Position numbers and translations under genes: made by a program. Positions 17,070-24,143 of a stretch of 64,000 nucleotides of DNA are shown piece by piece. Each line of letters begins with the position of its first letter. Position 1 is the stretch's first letter. The notes beneath the pieces were generated by a model. The model was not told the DNA's origin and did not search any database. It saw nothing but the letters and a program-made list of their open reading frames with translations. Origin of the DNA: a virus. The stretch covers positions 1 through 64,000 of the IMG/VR virus record IMGVR_UViG_3300036766_000416. One strand, written 5' to 3'.

Positions 17070-17173
17070 TAAAGGAATTTGTGCAGAATTGGAAAGTGTT
17101 ATTGATGTTTTTGGAGCCGCTGTCGCAATGGGTATAGCGATTGCGTTGACCCAGATACTACAGATGCCATAAT

Positions 17174-17263
17174 GGAGAAATAACCAGGCAAGCGCACTGG
17201 GACTGTTTTGAACACAGATCGACGGTGAAAGCCGTTGGGGAGCATCTCCTCATTTCTCCGCCA
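17174..17263 (+). tRNA. trnS: tRNA-Ser(TGA)
   Basis: Loop TTTGAAC, long V arm, CCA. Confidence 0.85.
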
Positions 17264-17282
17264 TGTCAGTCAACAATATAAC

Positions 17283-17619
17283 GGGGGTGAGTTAGTCTCG
17301 ACTGAGACCACAGACAAAGAAACGAACATGCCGAGCACCAGGCGCTCGTAAAAACTTGGAAAACCAGAATTCTCGAACAAGAATTCGCAATGGCAGCTTA
17401 ATCAGTTGCCCGTTGAACCACCGATGCCTATGAGTGGGGAAACGCAATTATAGGTTAGCGGTGAATGCTATGGAGATCGAGGCTTCACAGGCGAAATTAT
17501 CGGCTCAACACTCAAGTCAGTGTCACTCTTGACTTTGAGATCACAATGAGTGACTAGCATGGACATTCGGCTTTGAAAGTATCCCAGGACCGGAGTTGCA
17601 ATACTCCGCACCTCCACCA
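17283..17619 (+). ncRNA. ssrA: tmRNA
   Basis: GGGGGTG/CACCTCC-ACCA acceptor with G3-U70, TCGAC and GGAC flanks, internal ORF ending GCA ATG GCA GCT TAA. Confidence 0.9.
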
Positions 17620-17637
17620 ATAGAATAGTATATAAGA

Positions 17638-18174
17638 ATGTGGCATCATGTGATTCCTAGACACGAATGGAGAAAACGATTTGGAAATTTGAATGGATTC
17701 AACCGTCTAGATAATCTTGTTGAATTGACCACAGAGCAGCATGCCCAGGTACATGAATTACTTTTTGAGTTGAATGGAAACCAATTTGACAAAATTGCTT
17801 TTCGGGCGATACGAGGAATGATAGGAAAAGAAGAGGCAAATAAGCAAGCATCTTCTGTTGCCAATAAAGGAAATAAATATAACATCGGTCATAAGAATGC
17901 GTTGGGGTCAAAGCGTGATGAAGAGTGGAAAGTAAAGTATGGAAAGAAAGTTGTTCCGCGTATTCCTAAACCTTATGTGAATCCATTTCAGGGAAAGACT
18001 CATACAGCAGAAGCAAGAGCAAAGACTGGTGCCGCGAATGCAAAAACTCATAGGGGATCGGGCAATCCGAATTATGGAAAGCGGTCTTCAGTGGAAAAGA
18101 GGCAGAAAATAAGTGAATCTTTGAAAGAGTATTTCAGAAAAAAGAAATTATCGCCTCCTGGCCGAGCAGCTTAG
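17638..18174 (+). CDS. HNH homing endonuclease, family copy 2
   Basis: HHVIPRHEW...DNLVELTTEQH...H, NUMOD3-like repeats. Confidence 0.8.
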   Translation: MWHHVIPRHEWRKRFGNLNGFNRLDNLVELTTEQHAQVHELLFELNGNQFDKIAFRAIRGMIGKEEANKQASSVANKGNKYNIGHKNALGSKRDEEWKVKYGKKVVPRIPKPYVNPFQGKTHTAEARAKTGAANAKTHRGSGNPNYGKRSSVEKRQKISESLKEYFRKKKLSPPGRAA

Positions 18175-18226
18175 GCATCCGGCTTTGACCCGGATTAGGT
18201 TGGTGCAACTCCAACGGAGGCCTCCA
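18152..18226 (+). tRNA. trnQ: tRNA-Gln(TTG)
   Basis: Loop CTTTGAC, CCA. Confidence 0.85.
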
Positions 18227-18234
18227 TGAGTTAT

Positions 18235-18308
18235 AGGGATGTGGCAGATCGGCGATGCACTGGTCTCTGACACCAGCCAGAAAGGTTCAACTCCTTTCAT
18301 CCCTGCCA
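18235..18308 (+). tRNA. trnQ: tRNA-Gln(CTG)
   Basis: Loop CTCTGAC, CCA. Confidence 0.9.
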
Positions 18309-18326
18309 TGAGTTTGTTGAGTAGAT

Positions 18327-18401
18327 TGGCGAGTACCCAAGTGGTATGGGACCTGGCCGTTAACCAGGAAGTCGCACGTTCGATCCGTGCCTCGCCAGCC
18401 A
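18327..18401 (+). tRNA. trnN: tRNA-Asn(GTT)
   Basis: Loop CCGTTAA, CCA. Confidence 0.9.
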
Positions 18402-18405
18402 AAAC

Positions 18406-18480
18406 CGAGCATTGGTGTAACGAGTAACACAACAGTTTGAAGAACTGTCCTACGGGGTGCAAGTCCTCGATGCTCGACCA
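18406..18480 (+). tRNA. trnF: tRNA-Phe(GAA)
   Basis: Loop TTGAAGA, CCA. Confidence 0.9.
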
Positions 18481-18487
18481 AAGATAT

Positions 18488-18562
18488 GCGGTGGTAGCCT
18501 AGTAGTCAGGCACCTCGTTGCCAACGAGGATCACGCCGGGGCAGATCCGGTCCACCGCTCCA
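18488..18562 (+). tRNA. trnG: tRNA-Gly(GCC)
   Basis: Loop TTGCCAA, U73, CCA. Confidence 0.9.
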
Positions 18563-18577
18563 TGTGCAGTAAAATAT

Positions 18578-18651
18578 GCGGTCATAGTATAGAAGAAATA
18601 CGGCTGGCTTCCAACCAGCAATCCCGGTGGCAGAATCCGGTGACCGCTCCA
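18578..18651 (+). tRNA. trnG: tRNA-Gly(TCC)
   Basis: Loop CTTCCAA, U73, CCA. Confidence 0.9.
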
Positions 18652-18656
18652 ATAAT

Positions 18657-18734
18657 CAGGGCGTAGGAGAATCTGGTTACTCTACTCGCTTCGGAGGCGA
18701 GTGATTGGTGGTTCAAATCCACCCGCCCTGACCA
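18657..18734 (+). tRNA. trnP: tRNA-Pro(CGG)
   Basis: Loop TTCGGAG, near-duplicate of Pro(TGG), CCA. Confidence 0.9.
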
Positions 18735-18738
18735 ACGT

Positions 18739-18813
18739 GCCCTCTAGGTGTAGATAGCGACACGCGACTTTCGTAAAGTTGAGAGATCGGCGCACGTCCG
18801 ATAGAGGGCTCCA
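18739..18813 (+). tRNA. trnT: tRNA-Thr(CGT)
   Basis: Loop TTCGTAA, CCA. Confidence 0.85.
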
Positions 18814-18817
18814 TTAT

Positions 18818-18894
18818 GCGCCTGTAGACCAGCGGCAGGAGTCGGCTGACTTAAAACCAGCACAGGGTGGGTTCGAATCCCACCAGGCGCACCA
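18818..18894 (+). tRNA. trnL: tRNA-Leu(TAA), short variable arm
   Basis: Loop CTTAAAA, CCA. Confidence 0.85.
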
Positions 18895-18907
18895 ACAAGA
18901 GGTACTG

Positions 18908-19156
18908 TTGCGAACGAAGAAGGATAAAGCGTATTCTTTTCGACATACGCAAGAACGATTGAAGGAACGGTACCAACTGGATATCACTCGACCAGAGTAT
19001 GATACGATTTGTCAGAACGCAAAAGCACTTAGGGGAGAATTGGAACGTAATGGAAAGCAGATGCAGAAAATTGTAAAAGCCCGATTCAAGGGAAAGTATG
19101 TCACCTTTGTCTATGGTCTTGGGTGTGATTATGTGACCACTGTATTGCCGGCGTGA
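18908..19156 (+). CDS. Small basic protein in tRNA array
   Basis: GAGGT SD with TTG start; H..ER..ERY and C-terminal VTTVLP. Confidence 0.55.
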   Translation: MRTKKDKAYSFRHTQERLKERYQLDITRPEYDTICQNAKALRGELERNGKQMQKIVKARFKGKYVTFVYGLGCDYVTTVLPA

Positions 19157-19221
19157 TGCAATGCAGACATAACTACCTCAAAAGTAGTTTCCTGGGAGTG
19201 CAAGTCTCCCCGCCGGCACCA
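19147..19221 (+). tRNA. trnL: tRNA-Leu(CAA), short variable arm
   Basis: Loop CTCAAAA, CCA. Confidence 0.85.
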
Positions 19222-19244
19222 ATTAGGTTGTGCGTAGAAAATAT

Positions 19245-19318
19245 GCTACGATATTTCAATAGGAGAAAACCGCATTGGTAATGCGGAAACCCGGGGGCAG
19301 TACCCGGTCGTAGCTCCA
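19245..19318 (+). tRNA. trnT: tRNA-Thr(GGT)
   Basis: Loop TTGGTAA, CCA. Confidence 0.9.
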
Positions 19319-19323
19319 GTTAT

Positions 19324-19398
19324 GCGTCCTGGGCAGGTTAGATATGCGCCTCCCCTACAAGGAGAACCAAGAAGGTGCAATTCCTTCAGGACGCACCA
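19324..19398 (+). tRNA. trnV: tRNA-Val(TAC)
   Basis: Loop CCTACAA, CCA. Confidence 0.8.
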
Positions 19399-19404
19399 AA
19401 ATAT

Positions 19405-19481
19405 GTCCTTGTAGTGAAGCCTGAACATCACACTGGCCTGCGAAGCCGGAGACGTGGGTTTGAATCCCACCGAGGACACCA
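19405..19481 (+). tRNA. trnR: tRNA-Arg(GCG)
   Basis: Loop CTGCGAA, CCA. Confidence 0.85.
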
Positions 19482-19485
19482 TAAC

Positions 19486-19560
19486 GGTCTGCAAGCTTTA
19501 GCAGATGAGCACCGGTCTCTTAAACCGGGGAACGGGGTGCAATTCCCTGGCGGACCACCA
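19486..19560 (+). tRNA. trnK: tRNA-Lys(CTT)
   Basis: Loop CTCTTAA, CCA. Confidence 0.9.
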
Positions 19561-19632
19561 ATTACGGCTCGCCTGCCATGTGTAGGAAATGAGCATACGG
19601 GGCCCTCAAGTTGGGGGTCCTAGCAAAAATAC

Positions 19633-19706
19633 GCTCCCATAGATTATCAGTAGATCGCTAGATTCTCAATCTAGAGAGCCGAGGGCAGCACTCGGTGGGA
19701 GCACCA
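19633..19706 (+). tRNA. trnE: tRNA-Glu(CTC)
   Basis: Loop TTCTCAA, CCA. Confidence 0.9.
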
Positions 19707-19711
19707 AATAC

Positions 19712-19787
19712 GTCCCCGTGGACCAACTGAAAGGTCACCTCTCTTCTAAAGAGGACTATGCGAGTTTGAGTCTCGCCGGGGACACCA
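19712..19787 (+). tRNA. trnR: tRNA-Arg(TCT)
   Basis: Loop CTTCTAA, CCA. Confidence 0.9.
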
Positions 19788-19791
19788 TGAC

Positions 19792-19868
19792 GCCGCTGTA
19801 GATCAACGGACGATCACCCCTCTCCTAAAGGGGTTATTCTGTGGGTTCGACTCCCATCAGCGGCACCA
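19792..19868 (+). tRNA. trnR: tRNA-Arg(CCT)
   Basis: Loop CTCCTAA, CCA. Confidence 0.9.
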
Positions 19869-19872
19869 ATAT

Positions 19873-19951
19873 CTCCCTGTGATGGCAATTGGACGCCGAC
19901 TTCGCTTCGAACGAAGGCTTGATGCAGGTTCGAATCCTGTCAGGGAGACCA
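19873..19951 (+). tRNA. trnR: tRNA-Arg(TCG)
   Basis: Loop CTTCGAA, CCA. Confidence 0.9.
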
Positions 19952-20049
19952 ATATCATGGAGGCACGATGAGATTCGCTGACAGTAAAGAAATCGTCGCT
20001 AATGAGACTGTTGAGCCGATAGACGAACAGTTTCAGAAATCGAAAATAC

Positions 20050-20123
20050 CGACCCTTAGCTCAAAAGAAGAGCACCACTTTGACACGGTGGGGACAGTGG
20101 AGCATTACCACTAGGGTTGACCA
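20050..20123 (+). tRNA. trnV: tRNA-Val(GAC)
   Basis: Loop TTGACAC, CCA. Confidence 0.85.
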
Positions 20124-20126
20124 TAC

Positions 20127-20201
20127 GGGCCGCAAAATTTAGTAGATGATTACCAGACTTTTAATCTGGGGAACCGGGTGCAATTCCTGGGCGGCCCACC
20201 A
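20127..20201 (+). tRNA. trnK: tRNA-Lys(TTT)
   Basis: Loop CTTTTAA, CCA. Confidence 0.9.
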
Positions 20202-20240
20202 AATCCCACTAAATCAACCACTTACACCCTCAAATAGCCC

Positions 20241-20269
20241 TTGACACCGACCACCCAATATGATAGACT
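20241..20269 (+). promoter_or_regulatory. Sigma70-type promoter
   Basis: TTGACA-17nt-TAGACT. Confidence 0.65.
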
Positions 20270-20302
20270 TTATATGTGAGTCGGACAAACAAGGAGTTCC
20301 CA

Positions 20303-20611
20303 ATGAAAGACCAGCAATTCACTCAAATGCACCTCGATGCGTATGCGAACTATATTGTTCAGGATTATAAGAAGATGTATGGTGGTGATTTACCAGCGCA
20401 TAGCACTGGATTCTCGGTCGAATTCGAACCGGGCTCCAAGTTTATTCGAGTGGTGACCAATACCGGCAATTCCCGCTCATCCCATTCCTTTCTTGATGCT
20501 CAGGGGAATATCTGGAAGTCTGCGTCCTGGAAAACACCCGCCAAGAATTTTATTCGTGGAAACATCGTAACTCAGGATTTTTCTCGTATCTCATGGACAG
20601 GAGCCCGCTAA
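20303..20611 (+). CDS. Conserved T4-like hypothetical protein (alternative GTG start 20276)
   Basis: AAGGAG SD; GNIWKSASWKTPAKNFIRGNI motif. Confidence 0.7.
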   Translation: MKDQQFTQMHLDAYANYIVQDYKKMYGGDLPAHSTGFSVEFEPGSKFIRVVTNTGNSRSSHSFLDAQGNIWKSASWKTPAKNFIRGNIVTQDFSRISWTGAR

Positions 20612-20838
20612 TGTTAGATAATAATGACGGCACACCCGAAGCTCGGTTCGAAGGTCTCATGACCGAACTTGGTAAGAGATTCCCACACCCCCACCCCTTC
20701 GATTCCTCTGTGATGCTCGAACTTTATTACATCGAAGAAATCGACAAGGTGATAAGGGATGCGAAGGAACTGAACGCGGCAAAGAGGACCATCGTCAACG
20801 TATTCACTAGAGGAGCCAACAGAGGAGCCAACAAGTGA
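20611..20838 (+). CDS. Hypothetical protein
   Basis: TAATG coupling to upstream gene and overlap with ligase start. Confidence 0.5.
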   Translation: MLDNNDGTPEARFEGLMTELGKRFPHPHPFDSSVMLELYYIEEIDKVIRDAKELNAAKRTIVNVFTRGANRGANK

Positions 20839-21983
20839 CCAAAACATTTCCTACATTATACGGGGTTTCCTCGAAGGGTGTCACGAAAGTCTGGAACATC
20901 CAGGTCACGGCTGGGTCGGATGTCTGTAAAGGTGATGCGGTGATTCTTGTTGAGCACGGACAGCTTGATGGGAAGATCCAATCTTCTCCTGAGATTATCC
21001 GCGAGGGTAAGAACGTTGGCAAAGCGAACGAGACAAGCCCCTATGAACAGGCTGTTCTTGAGGCCGAATCCAAGTGGAAGAAGAAGCACGACAGTAACTA
21101 TTCTGAACACCTCCCGAAAATTGACGCGGGGATGGGCAAGATCACACTCAAGATTCTCCCGATGCTCGCACAGAAGTTCAAAGAGCGCAAACAGCACCTC
21201 GTGTGGCCCGCCTATATCCAACCGAAACTCAATGGAGTTCGGTGTCTCGTGGAACGCAAAGGCAACAAAATTTTCTTTTGGTCTCGCAAAGCGAAACTCT
21301 ACAAGAACTTCAATCTCTACATGGAGCAGGATTTTTTGAGTTTTATGAAAGACGGTGAGATTCTTGATGGTGAGATGTATAACCATGGTGATATCACGTT
21401 TCAGGAATTGATGTCGCTGATCAAGGACGAAAAGACTCCAGACCTTGAGGGATTGAAAAAGTATGTGAAGTTCTGGTGCTATGATCGACCGACGACCGAG
21501 AAACTGGGATTTGAAGAACGGTATATCAAGTATCGCTATGATATTCCGAATGGCCTGAACTATCTCCGCTTGGTCGAGACAATCAAGTTGCCTTCTGACT
21601 CGCATCTTGCCAAAATTCACGCCGAATATACGCAGGCAGGTTACGAAGGTTCTATCATCCGCTCAGGTGGAAACGAACCCTACAATTTCCAGTATCGTGA
21701 CAACCAACTTCAAAAGCACAAGGACTTCCTGGATGACGAATTCGAGATCGTGGGTTGTGACCAAGGTGTTGGAAAGGACGAGGGTAAAGCGATTTTCGTC
21801 TGCAAGATCAAAGGTGGCCTAGAATTCAGTGTTCGCTGTAAAGGGGCCGATGCGGTCCGACAGGAACAATGGACGAACCGTAAGAAGTATATGGGTAAGG
21901 AATTGACTGTGCGCTACCAGACACTCAGCGACGACGGCATCCCGATTTTCCCTGTGGGTATCATTGTTCGTGACTACGAATGA
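20835..21983 (+). CDS. lig: ATP-dependent DNA ligase
   Basis: Motif I QPKLNGVRC, LDGEMY, GYEGSIIR, OB-fold GKELTVRYQTLSDDGIPIFP. Confidence 0.93.
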   Translation: MTKTFPTLYGVSSKGVTKVWNIQVTAGSDVCKGDAVILVEHGQLDGKIQSSPEIIREGKNVGKANETSPYEQAVLEAESKWKKKHDSNYSEHLPKIDAGMGKITLKILPMLAQKFKERKQHLVWPAYIQPKLNGVRCLVERKGNKIFFWSRKAKLYKNFNLYMEQDFLSFMKDGEILDGEMYNHGDITFQELMSLIKDEKTPDLEGLKKYVKFWCYDRPTTEKLGFEERYIKYRYDIPNGLNYLRLVETIKLPSDSHLAKIHAEYTQAGYEGSIIRSGGNEPYNFQYRDNQLQKHKDFLDDEFEIVGCDQGVGKDEGKAIFVCKIKGGLEFSVRCKGADAVRQEQWTNRKKYMGKELTVRYQTLSDDGIPIFPVGIIVRDYE

Positions 21984-22000
21984 GTGCTAAATAACAGATT

Positions 22001-22339
22001 ATGAATTGTAGCTGCACAGGTGCTTGTCGGAGAACGGGGAGATGCGACGGTGGGTCTGCCGGAGGTCCAGCTAGCTTTGGGGAACCTTGTGCCATATGGC
22101 CTCAAGGTGCCGGTGGTTGGTCTGTGTTTCCGTGGCCCTCTTACGACTCCCCAGGTAATTTCTGTGAGCAACGTATGTCTACAGGTCGAGAAGGCTGGCT
22201 CTGCCCAAGGTGTAATGCGGTTAACGCCCCACAGACCCTCCAGTGCCCCTGTAGCCCCGGTACCTTTACCGTGTATCCTCCAGTGATTGATGCACCCTGC
22301 GAAGCCAAAGACCCTCCATACCCCGAAATCCTCTCATAA
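22001..22339 (+). CDS. Cys-rich hypothetical protein
   Basis: GWLCPRCNAVNAP..QCPC zinc-ribbon-like motif. Confidence 0.5.
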   Translation: MNCSCTGACRRTGRCDGGSAGGPASFGEPCAIWPQGAGGWSVFPWPSYDSPGNFCEQRMSTGREGWLCPRCNAVNAPQTLQCPCSPGTFTVYPPVIDAPCEAKDPPYPEILS

Positions 22340-22395
22340 AATAATGCTTGACAATTGTTACCAACTGTGTTATCATAAACTGAATTGGAGAACCC

Positions 22396-22593
22396 ATGCC
22401 TACTGAAATCCCTGATATAGACCTGGTCCTTGAGTGGAACAGAACCAAGGAACACCTGAAGGTCTCAGTGCCCGTTGGTGGCCTGCTCTTTAACAGTGTG
22501 ACTGGATTTGCCTCACCAGTGCTCTCAGAGAGGCAAGTGAAGTGGATTACCGAGCACTATGAACAGAAAAGAAGGAAGTATGTCTTCGCTTAA
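22396..22593 (+). CDS. Hypothetical protein
   Basis: GGAG SD, downstream of TTGACA 22348/TATCAT. Confidence 0.55.
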   Translation: MPTEIPDIDLVLEWNRTKEHLKVSVPVGGLLFNSVTGFASPVLSERQVKWITEHYEQKRRKYVFA

Positions 22594-22891
22594 AATGTTT
22601 CAGGAATACGAGCCGATTCCCTTTCGCGTTTGGCACGAAGAGAACCGCGAGGACCTGGAAAAAGAATTCACGGTGTTGGATTTTGTTGCTGATGACCTGG
22701 ACTGTCCGAAGTGTGATGGATTTGGTGTTCTGGAGTGTGATTTGGACCATGATCATGAATGCTCTGACTGTGAAGGAACCGGAAAGAATGACCAGAGTTA
22801 TGATGAAGCCTTGAGCGACTATTCACACAACCAATATCACGAGCAAGTTAAGAAAGACAAAGAAAAATTGAAGGTGTATTGTGCCTCATAA
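22580..22891 (+). CDS. DnaJ-type zinc-finger-like protein
   Basis: CPKCDGFG...CSDCEGTG. Confidence 0.6.
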   Translation: MSSLKMFQEYEPIPFRVWHEENREDLEKEFTVLDFVADDLDCPKCDGFGVLECDLDHDHECSDCEGTGKNDQSYDEALSDYSHNQYHEQVKKDKEKLKVYCAS

Positions 22892-24062
22892 TGTTGTAAC
22901 GGGGGAGAACCGCAAGCCTATCAAGGTTTGGTCACCTATCCATGAAGTAGAATCTCAGGCTCTTGACCAACTCAAGAACACGGCTTCGCTTCCATTTATT
23001 TTCAAGCATGTCGCAGTCATGCCTGATGTTCACTATGGTATTGGTGCCACTGTGGGTTCTGTGGTGGCCACGAAGGGTGCTGTGGTTCCGGCGTGTGTCG
23101 GTGTCGATATTGGTTGTGGCATGATGGCTGCGAAGATGCCGTTCAAGTCCAACCGGCTACCTGACAATCTCCAAGCGTTATTTGATTCGATCAGCAAAGC
23201 GGTCCCTGTAGGTCAGGATATGCACCAACATGCCCCGCACGTCTGGCAGCAGTCTTGTAGTGTGGTGGATTTGCCAAAGAAACTTCAGGATGCTCCTGAG
23301 CGTGTGGCGAGACAGCTTGGCACTCTTGGTGGTGGAAACCACTTTATTGAGATTTGTCTGGACCTTGATGAGAATGTGTGGATCATGCTCCATTCGGGTT
23401 CTCGTGGCATCGGGAACAAAATTGGAAATTATTATATCGACCGAGCGAAAGAAATCATGTCTCAATACATGATCAAGTTGCTTGACCCGAACTTGGCGTA
23501 CCTTGTCGAGGATTCTCAATTGTTCAAAGATTATTGGCGTGACCTCCAGTGGGCACAGAACTACGCGATGAAGAACCGCGAGGTTATGATGGCCTTGGTG
23601 AAGCAGTCGGTGGCTGAAGTGATCTTTGGTGACAAGACCACGGTCATTGCTCCTGAGGTGACTATTTCATGTCATCATAATTATGCTGAGAAGGAAAACC
23701 ATTACGGTGAGAATGTCATAGTGACTCGGAAAGGTGCGATTAGGGCTCGTGTTGGTGATATGGGCATTATTCCTGGATCGATGGGCACCCGCTCGTATAT
23801 CGTCAAGGGATTGGGTTGCCAGGATTCTTTTTGTTCTGCTCCCCATGGTGCGGGTCGTGTCATGTCTCGTGGCAAGGCGAAGCAGATGGTGACCGCTGAG
23901 ATGTTTGACGAGCAGACCAAGGGGATATTATGCCGCAAGGATTCTGGTGTATATGATGAGGCTCCTATGGCTTATAAACCCATAGATCAGGTGATGTATA
24001 ATGCGAATGGTCTTGTTGAAGTTATGGCAGAACTACGCCAGGTTCTTTGTATCAAAGGATGA
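22881..24062 (+). CDS. rtcB: RNA-splicing/repair ligase RtcB
   Basis: MPDVH.GIG, VGVDIGCG, GGNHF, HSGSRG, HHNY, PGSMG, HGAGR. Confidence 0.95.
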   Translation: MPHNVVTGENRKPIKVWSPIHEVESQALDQLKNTASLPFIFKHVAVMPDVHYGIGATVGSVVATKGAVVPACVGVDIGCGMMAAKMPFKSNRLPDNLQALFDSISKAVPVGQDMHQHAPHVWQQSCSVVDLPKKLQDAPERVARQLGTLGGGNHFIEICLDLDENVWIMLHSGSRGIGNKIGNYYIDRAKEIMSQYMIKLLDPNLAYLVEDSQLFKDYWRDLQWAQNYAMKNREVMMALVKQSVAEVIFGDKTTVIAPEVTISCHHNYAEKENHYGENVIVTRKGAIRARVGDMGIIPGSMGTRSYIVKGLGCQDSFCSAPHGAGRVMSRGKAKQMVTAEMFDEQTKGILCRKDSGVYDEAPMAYKPIDQVMYNANGLVEVMAELRQVLCIKG

Positions 24063-24143
24063 TTACCAGTTTGTTTGCGGGCCTGTGAACGAGCATAAAT
24101 AACGCTGGACCTGGATGACCGCTAATTGTATAAAGGGATGCTG

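Noticed and set aside
19968-20114. Small ORF with GGAGG SD running through tRNA-Val(GAC)
   Set aside because: Almost half of it overlaps a tRNA and the rest folds as two hairpins; coding status cannot be supported.
12244-20201. Stop-codon suppressor tRNAs or genetic recoding
   Set aside because: Loops that look like CTA/TTA (Arg CTTCTAA, Leu CTTAAAA) give TCT and TAA when centred in their stems. Conserved genes end in TAA, TAG and TGA at expected lengths.
20856-21620. 254-aa antisense ORF in the track
   Set aside because: Shadow of the DNA ligase gene, no recognisable motif.
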